DNA of 64,000 bases, taken from contig NC_087247.1 of assembly GCF_037042905.1 (NCBI RefSeq), positions 39,184,001 to 39,248,000 of the forward strand, in the 5' to 3' direction. This DNA is from Lytechinus pictus (lineage: Eukaryota). Positions within the stretch are counted from its first letter, which is position 1, and each line of letters begins with the position of its first letter. Below are positions 11,622 to 22,905 of this stretch, in pieces. The position numbers and the translations under genes were made by a program. The notes under the pieces were generated by a model. The model was not told the DNA's origin. It saw only the letters and a list, made by a program, of their open reading frames with translations, and did not search any database.

Positions 11622-12617
11622 ATGGCGTCATCTACAGCTCACTCGCCCGTAATTCATCCTACGAGATCGAACTCGACTATGATGCTGACATCGAACGATG
11701 ACATTAACGCATCTGAATTTATGAACATCCAGGTCGACATTCAAAGGCGCCGTAGAAAGCATTTAGCAGATGTATGCTCTGCGAATGGTATCCACCAGGT
11801 AGCGGGCTCCCAAGACAGTAATTTCATCGTCGATAAGAAATACAAGCTCGTCTATTGCTATGTTCCCAAGGTGGCTTGTACTAGCTGGAAGCGAGTCTTT
11901 CTTGTTTTAAATGGTGTCATGAAACGTCCTGATGATCTGCCACAACCTCAGGTCAATAATGTTATCGGACCTCGTAAACTCTCATTTCTTTCGTCTTACA
12001 ACAAGAGCAAGAGAGCTGAAATCCTAAAGAGCTACACCAAATTTTTGGTGGTTCGCCACCCGTTTCATCGTATATTATCTGCCTATCAGAATAAATTATG
12101 GGCAGGCTCCACATCGAAAACATCAATAATATTTCAGAAAAAAATTGGTTTGCATATCTTGGAAGGATACAGAACAAGTACTTTATTAAATAACAAGACT
12201 GGGAGTGTAGAGCAAAAAACGATCGTCAATAAACACGGAGATAAAATCAAATATGACCTCCGATTTGATGAATTTGTGAAATTTTTAACGACAAAGACAG
12301 AGAAACCATCACTTCTCAAGAATAGTCATTGGGGTGAGATCACGCATAGATGCAAACCTTGTGACATCGACTACGACGTTATCAGCCATTTCGAGACCCT
12401 GGTTGACGACGCTATTTACATTCTTCGTCGTGTTCATGCTGACCATATCGTCAAGTTTCCATCTTCGAATGGGAGTAGTCCGACCAACAGCTCATCAAAG
12501 TATCTTTACCAGTCTTACTACGCTGATATTCCTCAGGATGATTTACAGAAACTTTATCAAAGATATCGTCTCGATTTTGAATTATTTGGATATGAAAAAC
12601 CTGATAGTGTTTTATGA
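11622..12617 (+). CDS. Carbohydrate sulfotransferase (Sulfotransfer_2, CHST11/HNK-1ST-like) gene 2, catalytic exon
   Basis: VPKVACTSWK, RHPFHRILSAY, HW...CKPC, DFELFGY; acceptor TTCTTAG ends at 11621, phase 0. Model 9970-10087, 10793-10839, 11622-12617 = 386 aa. Confidence 0.94.
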   Translation: MASSTAHSPVIHPTRSNSTMMLTSNDDINASEFMNIQVDIQRRRRKHLADVCSANGIHQVAGSQDSNFIVDKKYKLVYCYVPKVACTSWKRVFLVLNGVMKRPDDLPQPQVNNVIGPRKLSFLSSYNKSKRAEILKSYTKFLVVRHPFHRILSAYQNKLWAGSTSKTSIIFQKKIGLHILEGYRTSTLLNNKTGSVEQKTIVNKHGDKIKYDLRFDEFVKFLTTKTEKPSLLKNSHWGEITHRCKPCDIDYDVISHFETLVDDAIYILRRVHADHIVKFPSSNGSSPTNSSSKYLYQSYYADIPQDDLQKLYQRYRLDFELFGYEKPDSVL

Positions 12618-15014
12618 GGATAACTTTAAAACATTTTGGAACACAGAATAAAGGATGTACCAGGCGTGTTTACCCGAAGATTCATATTTGGTGTGGCTTT
12701 AACCGGTCTGTAATAAGTAAACTATATATATGTATATATCAGGCATATATGTTTCTTGTTGTTTCGTCTGGCAATGCTCTGACAAGTTTTCAGCTTGTCA
12801 AAAACCAGAGTATCAATAAAACATGACCATAAACATCATAAATACTTGGTCAACATGTCTGTTGAACTAGATATCAACGAATATCGTGTATTGAACGGGT
12901 CTTTTAGTTATTTTCACCCAAATTCTCTTAGGCAATTATAGTGCTGGTACTCGGAGGTCTGTCGTTTGATCTCACAGTTTGCTATTCGTAGACTCTTAGT
13001 CAGAGACAATATATGTATAGCTAGTAAAACCGTGCCAAATAAATTCTCTACTCGTGAGTTTAAACTTTCAAGTTCGCTTTTCTTTCCCTTTTTTATTTTT
13101 TTCTCTTCTTTTTGCAACTTTTGGAAAAGCATAAGAGGCGGTTGCCCCCTTGCCGCCACACACGAAGAAAAAAAATCACACTATATAGACATTACAAAGA
13201 GTACCGTCGTCCCGCTGACAAATATTGACCATTTGCATGGATTTAGTGGACATTCCAATCATTCAAATCACCCTCAGTTTTGGCCAAAAGTACTTGCCAT
13301 TTTTTAGTTATGATCGCTTAACCTGTATATACAGGGGGGGTTGGTGTTTTTTTTTAATATATAGGGCCTACTATGTAATCGTGGAACATCATTGATAAGT
13401 ATAGTATTTGTGAAGTAGAACTCACATATACTTACAGAAATCTTTTGAAAATCCCAAGGATAGGCAACTTATTTTCCTGTTTTGTAACTCATCATTTCAC
13501 CCTCTTGTATGATCTTGATTAAAAATGTCATCAAAACAATTGTAAATTATTGATGGTATCAAGTTCAAGTTTACATGTACTTAAAGAGATGATTTATTTT
13601 AGTTTGTCTTTTGTTTTGCCGGTTCTTGCATGCCCTTGATATAGTATTATAAAGTTATCTTTCATTGATTACATGACAATAAATGACGAAACATTGCGAG
13701 AGGACAAAGATAGGAGAAAGTGCAGTAAAGGAACCTATGAAAAGGAATAGGAAAAACTTGGGTCTTTTTAGGAAATTGGGAAGGAGGAGGAAGAAATAAA
13801 GAGACATAAAAGGAAATGACGATAAAGAAAAATCATTAGAAGAAAAACAAGACGGACTTCAGGGAAAATATATGTATTGAGATTCAAGTAGCTCAAAATA
13901 ATTATGAAACTGTGAGGCCTACGTACAGAAAACAACATAAAAAGAAGTGATTTAATGATTAAGTTCATGTCTATATCATTTCGAGGACCGGCCCCCCTAT
14001 TTTTTTTGGCAACCAAAAAGAATCCTTTTAACTTGAGAGAAACGCTGAAAAACAGAAAGAAAAGTACGAAGGAGGTATAATACCCATGTTTAATTTACAG
14101 CCTCGTTAATTATTCCTCGAAATAGGCGGATAATCCATGTTTTTTGCATTTACATTAGAAACGTTTAGATTTCCGTGGATTTCCGTTTAAATTCTATCAT
14201 CATCATTTTGCCAGATGTCTAAGCTTTAAGTCGATACCAAATTTAGCTGCCCGTTTTTATGTTAGAGCCGATTTTACTTGACACAACACCCTCAAAACCT
14301 GTTCAAAAACGGTCATTTTTATACCGCGCAGTCATCGCAGCGCACAGTGTGGGGTGTACATTGTCGTTCATGTTTGCATGGCGAGGACGATTCCCCTTCC
14401 ATTCCATGAAAATGACATGAATTCCGGGCATGATGCAAACAAAATAAAGGTTGGTAACGCAAATAAGGGCTACCCGCCCCTCTTCCAGAGATAAAAGTTA
14501 CTTGTAGAATAATTTCAGCCAAAAACCCTCCTCACAGTAAAACATTCGTGGAGTTATATACTCTGCGTTATACCCAAGTCTACACCGCTTGATAAAGCAC
14601 GGTTATTTTTTTCAGATTTTTAAATATTTTTTTAAATCTTATAATCATTTTGATGTCATAAAATTATTTTCAGGATCTCATACACACTTTTTAGGCATGT
14701 GAGAAGCATAAATCAACATTCACTCTGGTCATTCTTAAAGTAACACATAACACAAAGTTTATACTGCACATTGTTTAGCGTAATTTGTCTTTTCACAGAT
14801 AGGTTTTAAGTAGCCAATCAAAATTTGGTATCAAAGTGACGTCATATCGGCTTTACATTATGTTCAGTCGATTCTACGCCCAAAATTACCCTTAATCAAC
14901 ATGTTAAAGTAAAAATATAACCCGGAATATAATTTTGGCGCACTTTCAACTAATTCTGGCCCACTGTGGGCCGGCCCGATCTTGACAGGCTTGCAGTGGC
15001 ACCGCATTCTGTAA

Positions 15015-15532
15015 TAGTCCAGGATAGAAGAGGCATAACCTTGTTAATAACAATGTTCCCATATACATAATAAATGATATATCTCGTTAGTAATGGTGAT
15101 CTGTATACAGTACTTCGCTCATAGATCATAATTTCTTGCAGTTTAGTGCTAATTTGTGTGAAAATTAGTTTTCCCTATTAAGGTTATGCTGTACATAATA
15201 GAGTATACAGAGGCCTATGTCGGCCATTTTGAATATCCAGAAAATAAATATGTTGTCAATTTTTTTTTTCCAGACAGTATTTCACTCCTGCCACACAATT
15301 TCATGCATTTTATAGCCAATGTGTGGGCAATTTTGTGATTTTCATGCGTAATTTGCATATTTTGGCGGCCATATTGGATTTTGCCAATTTGCAGAAAATG
15401 CTCAAGGTTACACGAGTGGCATCATTCAGATTCGTAATTAGCACCTTCGAATTGACAAGAAACCATCGAAAAATATTGTATATATAAAAAAACAAGGTTT
15501 AGTCAATTTCCTATGGGGCCTATCCTGGACTA
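15015..15532. mobile_element. Non-autonomous DNA element with TAG termini (possibly Academ-like)
   Basis: TAGTCCAGGATAG ... CTATCCTGGACTA, flanked by TAA/TTA. Superfamily is guessed from the TAG termini only. Confidence 0.55.
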
Positions 15533-17060
15533 TTAGTTCACATGTATGTGTAAGTAAACCACGCTACCGCAACTGCGCGCATCAAGACATTCTCCTGCAC
15601 TCCATCAACGGCCGATTAGCTCTGCATAGGAGGATTACCATATTATGTGCACAAGTAGGCTGTAAAACAATATGTAAAAATGCTTAAAATTTCCGGTTTT
15701 CAGGCCGATTTCGAGCTCTCATTAGTATGATATTGATAAATAAGGTAACAGTTTCATGAGTTCCTAATAATGAAATTGTCCCTTTTTTCAGAATAGAATA
15801 TCGGTATCGACAAGTTTCATCTCGCGCTTAGGAAGAGGAATAGGAAAAAAGTCATTTTCATATGATGACAAAATGTCCTTACAATTTCCCCGGGTGCTTA
15901 GTCTAAACAATAATTTTTTTTTTAATGGATCGTGCTTCGCGATCGCATCGTTTGTGGAGTACGTTTCATATCCACTTCACAATCCTACGATGCTTGAAAT
16001 AGTGCTTAAATTGACCATTTTCAGATCGCCATCAATTTTTTCAGCTTGCGCTTTATTATGTCAACTTCTGCATCGATATAACAATACCAAACAGACGAGT
16101 TTAGGTGTATCCTAACAACAAGCCGTGGGTTAATAAAGAACTTCGCGATTTACTAAGGGAGAAGGGCGCAGCGCTCCAGCGCTTTCGACTGGAAATACAG
16201 CGTTATGAAAGAAACCCAAAGAAAAATCAAGCAGCAGACGGAAAAATGTAAACGTTCCTACAAAGAAAAGATTGAACGGAACTTTCGATAACCCCAGATG
16301 CAGGATATTACTGGATACAATAAAGATAAATCCAAATCTGTGCCAACCGAACAAGATATTAGTTTTGTTGATGAACTAAACAATTTTTGCTGTCGTTTTG
16401 ATGCTGAAAATTTTGGTAGTGAAAATGAAGAAATCAAAAGTAAGGTGAACGAGATGCCTGATCAAGCACCTATCCAAATTTCTGAGCATGACATAAGAAG
16501 AATAATTTCAGGCTTACAAACACACAAATCTCCCCGGCCAGATGGACTAGGTAACAAGGTACTTAAAGTATACAAGGATCAATTAACCCCAGTATTCACT
16601 AAGTTATTTGAGAAATCCCTCATTTTAGGTAGCATCCCACAGTTATTGGAAACGATTAATAATCATCCCCATTCCAAAAGGAAAACAAATCAAAGAAATT
16701 AATGATTTCAGACCAATATCTCTTACATGCAACGTAATGAAATGTTTGGAGAAAATCGTTCTGAAACATCTCATTAGACAAGTGGGTGACCAGATAGATA
16801 TACACTACTCAAAAAAAGTTAAGGACCACTTTTTAAAACGTACATAAAGATTTTATACAAGGTGTTTTATTTCTGGAAATACCTCAGTACCACTGTCCTA
16901 AATGTCCTTAAACACGCTGTAATCAATTTCACGCATGGGTGGTTTCAGTTGTTGCACAATGTCTCTCGCATCACTGCACATCCTGAAAAGTGGGCCCCGA
17001 GGGGTATCAGCTACCGACATGAAGTGGTAAAAACGAATGTCTGAGTGTCTTTCAGGCAGT

Positions 17061-18089
17061 TCAGTAACGAGTGTGACCACCTCCTGCAGCAATAACGGCT
17101 TCACAGCGCTGTCTCATGGAGCTGATGAGGCGATTGATGTCTCTGACGTCCAGTGCATCCCATGCAGCCTCCAGAGCCACACCCAGCTGCTGCAGTCCAA
17201 GTGGATGGGCTTCGAGCTGCTCGAGACTCCTCCCCATCATGTCCCAGACGTGCTCTGTCGGGTTTAAGTCCGGGGACCTCGCTGGCCACTCCATACGCTC
17301 AATCCCCTGGCCCTCAAGGAACTCGGTCACCACCCTAGCTCGGTGGGCACGGGCATTGTCATCCATGAAAATGATGTTTTGTCCCACATTTTCTGCAAAT
17401 GGCACCACTATAGGTTCAAGGACCTCATCCCTGTACCTCACTCCTGTCATTGCTCCCCCTGGGACCACGTAGAGACGAGTACGGTTGGCGTAGGTGATGC
17501 CTCCCCACACCATGACGCTGCCTCCCCCATAACGGTCATGTTCTGCAATACAGGGGTCTGCAAATCTCTCTCCTGGTCGCCTCCAGACTCTCGAACGTCC
17601 ATCATTGTGGTCAAGGGAAAATCTGCTCTCATCTGTGAACAGAACTCTACGCCATTGCTGTCTGGTCCATCTGACATGCTCCCGGGCCCAGTTGAGACGA
17701 ATTCTTCTGTGAGCAGGGGTGAGTGGGACACACTGAGCTGGCCGTCTGGCATGCATATTGGCTCTGTGAAGTCGGTTACGGATTGTTTGAGTGGAAACAA
17801 TCACTCCAGTTGCTGCAGCGAAGTCATTGTTGAGGCGGCGTGCACTGTGAAAGCGGTTGCGGAGGCTGAGATTCGTCAAGTAGCGATCATCTCTAGGGGT
17901 TGTCGAAACTGGTCCGCCACTGCGGGGTCTCTCGGAGTATAGCCCTGTCTCTCGGTGTCTTTGATTTGCTCTGCTAATGACACTGTGTGACACGCCCATC
18001 ATTCTGGCTGCTCTTCGCTGACTGAGGCCAGCTTCCAGCATCCCTAGGGCTCTGGCTACATCTGTTTCACTTAGGTGGTGTCTTGGCAT
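17061..18089 (-). CDS. Tc1-family DD34E transposase, left copy (342 aa)
   Basis: Paired-like HTH N-terminus, VLFTDESRF, FMDDNARAH, SPDLNPTEH (34 residues between second D and E); ATG at 18089 mirrors 18420. Confidence 0.93.
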   Translation of the reverse strand: MPRHHLSETDVARALGMLEAGLSQRRAARMMGVSHSVISRANQRHRETGLYSERPRSGGPVSTTPRDDRYLTNLSLRNRFHSARRLNNDFAAATGVIVSTQTIRNRLHRANMHARRPAQCVPLTPAHRRIRLNWAREHVRWTRQQWRRVLFTDESRFSLDHNDGRSRVWRRPGERFADPCIAEHDRYGGGSVMVWGGITYANRTRLYVVPGGAMTGVRYRDEVLEPIVVPFAENVGQNIIFMDDNARAHRARVVTEFLEGQGIERMEWPARSPDLNPTEHVWDMMGRSLEQLEAHPLGLQQLGVALEAAWDALDVRDINRLISSMRQRCEAVIAAGGGHTRY

Positions 18090-18415
18090 TGCTGTTGTAG
18101 GCAAGTTGTTGATTGTACAGACTAAAGACGGAAAATGCTTTGGAAGACACTTGTCTTATGGCCCACTGCAATGATGCCAGAGACATCATGAAAGAACTGC
18201 ATGTGTGAAATTGATGTCATTGTGTTTGATGGCATTCTGGACAGCTGTATCTTGGCATTGCTATTGTCAGCAAGTTGTTGATTGTAGAGACTAAAGACAG
18301 AAAATGCTTTGGAAGCCACTTTGTACGGGCACATTGCAATGATGCAAGAGACATGAAAGAACTGCATGTGTGATATTGATTTCATTGTGTTTGATGGCAT
18401 CCTGGACAGTTGGAT
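18082..18415. repeat. Two diverged ~165-169-bp direct repeats forming the palindrome spacer
   Basis: Units 18082-18250 and 18251-18415 both start CTTGGCATTGCT and end GGACAG(C/T)TG(T/G)AT; roughly 85% identical by eye. Confidence 0.85.
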
Positions 18416-18419
18416 AGCA

Positions 18420-19448
18420 ATGCCAAGACACCACCTAAGTGAAACAGATGTAGCCAGAGCCCTAGGGATGCTGGAAGCTGGCCTCAGTCAGCGAAGAGTA
18501 GCCAGAATGATGGGCGTGTCACACAGTGTCATTAGCAGAGCAAATCAAAGACACCGAGAGACAGGGCTTTACTCCGAGAGACCCCGAAGTGGCCGACCAG
18601 TTTCGACAACCCCTAGAGATGATCGCTACTTGACGAATCTCAGCCTCCGCAACCGCTTTCACAGTGCACGCCGCCTCAACAATGACTTCGCTGCAGCAAC
18701 TGGAGTGATTGTTTCCACTCAAACAATCCGTAACCGACTTCACAGAGCCAATATGCATGCCAGACGGCCAGCTCAGTTTGTCCCACTCACCCCTGCTCAC
18801 AGAAGAATTCGTCTCAACTGGGCCCGGGAGCATGTCAGATGGACCAGACAGCAATGGCGTAGAGTTCTGTTCACAGATGAGAGCAGATTTTCCCTTGACC
18901 ACAATGATGGACGTTCGAGAGTCTGGAGGCGACCAGGAGAGAGATTTGCAGACCCCTGTATTGCAGAACATGACCGTTATGGGGGAGGCAGCGTCATGGT
19001 GTGGGGAGGCATCACCTACGCCAACCGTACTCGTCTCTACGTGGTCCCAGGGGGAGCAATGACAGGAGTGAGGTACAGGGATGAGGTCCTTGAACCTATA
19101 GTGGTGCCATTTGCAGAAAATGTGGGACAAAACATCATTTTCATGGATGACAATGCCCGTGCCCACCGAGCTAGGGTGGTGACCGAGTTCCTTGAGGGCC
19201 AGGGGATTGAGCGTATGGAGTGGCCAGCGAGGTCCCCGGACTTAAACCCGATAGAGCACGTCTGGGACATGATGGGGAGGAGTCTCGAGCAGCTCGAAGC
19301 CCATCCACTTGGACTGCAGCAGCTGGGTGTGGCTCTGGAGGCTGCATGGGATGCACTGGACGTCAGAGACATCAATCGCCTCATCAGCTCCATGAGACAG
19401 CGCTGTGAAGCCGTTATTGCTGCAGGAGGTGGTCACACTCGTTACTGA
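18420..19448 (+). CDS. Tc1-family DD34E transposase, right copy (342 aa)
   Basis: Intact ORF with RSGRP, VLFTDESRF, FMDDNARAH, WPARSPDLNPIEHVW and GGHTRY end. Confidence 0.95.
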   Translation: MPRHHLSETDVARALGMLEAGLSQRRVARMMGVSHSVISRANQRHRETGLYSERPRSGRPVSTTPRDDRYLTNLSLRNRFHSARRLNNDFAAATGVIVSTQTIRNRLHRANMHARRPAQFVPLTPAHRRIRLNWAREHVRWTRQQWRRVLFTDESRFSLDHNDGRSRVWRRPGERFADPCIAEHDRYGGGSVMVWGGITYANRTRLYVVPGGAMTGVRYRDEVLEPIVVPFAENVGQNIIFMDDNARAHRARVVTEFLEGQGIERMEWPARSPDLNPIEHVWDMMGRSLEQLEAHPLGLQQLGVALEAAWDALDVRDINRLISSMRQRCEAVIAAGGGHTRY

Positions 19449-22400
19449 ACTGCCTGAAAGACACTCAGACATTCGTTTTTACCACTTCATGTCGGTAGCT
19501 GATACCCCTCGGAGCCCACTTTTCAGGATGTGCAGTGATGCGAGAGACATTGTGCAACAACTGAAACCACCCATGCGTGAAATTGATTACAGCGTGTTTA
19601 AGGACATTTAGGACAGTTGTACTGAGGTATTTCCAGAAATAAAACACCTTGTATAAAATCTTTATGTACGTTTTAAAAAGTGGTCCTTAACTTTTTTTGA
19701 GTAGTGTATATCAGTTTGCTTATAGAGAAATTAGAGGAGTAGACAATGCAATTATGACATTTCTACATAATATATATAATCACTTGGATTACGCAGGTAA
19801 TTCTGTTAGATGCTTATTCGTTGATTTTTCAAGTGCTTTCAACACAATTGTACCGCATATACTTGCTAACAAGCTTGTAGAGATGAAAGCACATCCTACC
19901 CTTATTTTATGGATTCAAGATTTTTTAAACGAAAGACAACAATATGTTCACATGGGAAACGTAAACTCTCATGTCAGATCTATTAGTATTGGAGCGCCCC
20001 AAGGCTGTATGCTTTCCCCAGCGTTATTTTCTATCTACACAAGTAACTGTAAGAGTGTATTGCCATATCACAAAGTATGCCGATGATACGGTAATTTCGG
20101 GTTATATATCATACATCAGAAGTGAAAATGAGTATGTCAGTTGCGTAAATTGGTTTGTAGAGTGGTGTGAACGCCACTACCTCAAATTGAATGTCTCAAA
20201 GACAAAGGAAATGGTCATAGATTTCCGGAGAAATCCACAAGCAAGACAGCAGATTATTATTCAAGGGTCAGAAATTGAAAGAATGCAAACTTATAAATAT
20301 CTGGGAACGACTGTATGTGAATCTCTTGACTGATCACCAAATGTCACTCTGTTGAGGAAAAAGTGCAATCAAAGAATGTATTTCCTGAGAATGATGAGAA
20401 AAATGCACGCGATAGATAAAACTATATTAATTCCCTTTTACAGATCACTAATTGAAAGTGTTGCTACATACAACATCATCTGCTATTTCGGTAATGCTAC
20501 TGCACAAAGATACTAATCAATTTGACAATTAGCCACCGAATGAATGTATGCCCGGATTCTTGATACTTTATACTTTAATCTCTATTCGAACGTTATAATT
20601 TTTGTTACAAGATTTTGACCATGTAAACCCTATGTTTAAATTAAGTTTATTATTCCTGCTAACCTGTCGATGTATTCATATTTGTCATCTCATTTGTAAA
20701 CTGCATTTCCTTGTAAGCATTATTTTGTATTTGTAATGCACCAATGAAAAGCAAATTTCCCGTCAGGGGATAATAAATTTATCAATTCAATTCAATTTAT
20801 TGATTTTCATAGTAAAATAAATGTATCTAGAATGCCGTGATTCTAGGTCTAAACTCTCAAAACTACGTAGTTCGTTCTTTATTCAAAACGTGCTTAATTT
20901 AATTATCCAGTTTCATATCAGAATAGCGCATATCGTTCGCATTATCAATGTAAAAAGATACCCGATTAGTCATCCTTTTCGTGATTTACGAAACATGATT
21001 AGTGTGTCCCGTTCTTAGGTGTAAATCTCTTTTTTTTTTCAATTTTCGCTATGAGAGAGAGAGATAATTCTAATATCAATGGAACCAAATATTGCACAGA
21101 TGTAGATAATTCTAATATTAAACAATAGGGGTATCTTTTAAAAAGGACAGAATTTTGCGAAACTAGATATATTTAATGGATGTATGAAATGAATAATATA
21201 AAATCGTGAGACTTTATCGATGAATAGTTATCTACTGCCCGGTCATTTAAACTTAATCATAGTCCCATGTGTAAAGTTAAATGGAAATTTAGATTGAATA
21301 AATTTTTAGGTAACATCACTAGTTCACATTTTAAGATTGCAGTACTCACATATAATTTTCTTAAATTGCAGTATAGGGTCTCGGTTTGATTAATTAATCT
21401 TACATACAATTAAAACCCTTAGTTAGAGGAATTTTAGATTAAAACTAGAAATTTAATTCGTCATGAGGACGAAATCGGTGATCTGTCTCTTGATTCTCAC
21501 GTATTGTGATCACGATTTTCAAGAAGTTAATTTTTTTTCTCGTAATTCTTATACGTGCGCCCAAGGACAATGTTAAAATGTCTCACAATCTGGATTTGTT
21601 CTTACTCAATGTACATGTGCGACAATTGTGGTTCCATATACCCGAACTGCACAATGATTGGGATATATATTTTGTCAGAATGCCACTCCACTATCAGAGC
21701 TCATTGGAATGCCAGTAAATAAAGCTACCAAGAGGAAATCTGAGATGTTATTGTTAATATCATCATTATTAAACGCCGACTATTCTTCGACAGTTGTTTT
21801 CATAAACGTTGTATCATCAGTGACAATTATATTGGAGTGACCTTCAACAGTGTCACGAAAATATCTTTGTCAGATGCAATGAATGAATTGTATTCATTAT
21901 TCTGCATGTAACATCAAGATCAAATATGAAAGAAATCAGGTGAAATGCTTAGCGATGTTAATTACATTCGACTTAAATAAATAGTTGGCCATGAAGTGGG
22001 AATAGAATTGTAATTTCTCAAAACTTGATTGACGTTTCCTGCAAACTCAAGTGTTATTTTGACAGCTCTTTAAATAGTAATTAACAGCAGTTATTAGATT
22101 GACTTTTACCAGTCTCCATCTTGATTAGCCAGTTCGTTGTGAATTTACTTTTGGTATCCTGCGTGTATTGAACTACTGTAGAATAATACATCTATCAGTA
22201 GTACCTAACCAAACACACGAGTGGATGAAAGTAAAAATGATAATAATAATGAATAATAATAATAAAGTAATGACAATGAAAATGATAATAATAATAATAA
22301 TAATGATAAAACATGTTTGAGATTTATTCGTTTGCAGTAGATTGACAATTCTTTAAATCTCTCTGTGATAAACATCAAACCACCCTTCAGTTAAAATTGT

Positions 22401-22905
22401 TCTATATTTGATATGAATCTCATCACATGCACTTAATTACACAGTTCAAACGTTGGTGATATTGAGATGAATCATGACTAGCGACCCTCATCTATGACCG
22501 GCGAACCTCTTCTACTATTATGACTAACCATCCTTATCTACTCTTGTGACCGGCGAACCTCTTCTACTATTATGACTGTCGACCCTCATCTACTATTATG
22601 ACCGGCGAATCTCTTCTACTATTATGACCGGCGAACCTCTTTTACTATTATGACCGGCGAACCTCTTCTACTATTATGACCGGCGAACCTCTTCTACTAT
22701 TATGACCGGCAAACCTCTTCTACTATTATGACTAGCGACCCACATCTACTATCATGACCGGCAAATCTCTTCTACTATTATGACCGGTGAACCTCTTCTA
22801 CTATTAAAACCGGCGAACCTCTTCTGCTATTATGACTAGCGACCCTCATCTACTATTATGACCGGTGAATCTCTTCTACTATTATGACCGGCGAACCTCT
22901 TCTAC

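Larger units (their letters stand above)
16803..19706. mobile_element. Palindromic double-transposase Tc1-type element
   Basis: Inverted arms 16803-18093 and 18416-19706 (1291 bp each, no net indel); termini CACTACTCAAAAAAAGTTAAGG; TA at 16801-16802 and 19707-19708. Confidence 0.95.
16058..20795 (+). mobile_element. 5'-truncated, frameshifted Rex1/Babar-type LINE, split by the Tc1 palindrome
   Basis: YPNNKPW, DFRPISLT, QFAYR, LFVDFSSAFNTI, GAPQGCMLSP, KYADDT, LNVSKTKEMVIDFRR, YKYLG; 3' end AATTTCCC..GGGATAATAAA plus (ATTCA)n; possible TSD TTTATT at 16052-16057 and 20796-20801. Confidence 0.85.

Noticed and set aside
1011-12617. One shared first exon spliced to alternative catalytic exons
   Set aside because: Each catalytic exon has its own upstream anchor and stem exons, so separate genes are simpler, although the compatible phases would allow chimeric splicing.
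14343-14968. RAG-type recombination signal pair
   Set aside because: Heptamers only; no convincing nonamers, no TSD, no RAG or Transib coding sequence in the window.
17037-19647. Many overlapping and antisense ORFs over the Tc1 arms
   Set aside because: Alternative-frame shadows of the GC-richer transposase genes, duplicated by the palindrome.
16803-19706. Two independent Tc1 insertions head-to-head, or a simple read fold-back artefact
   Set aside because: No inner TIRs or inner TSDs; a single TA site in a frame-restorable LINE, an asymmetric spacer and several arm differences argue for one real unit. Long-read confirmation is still needed.
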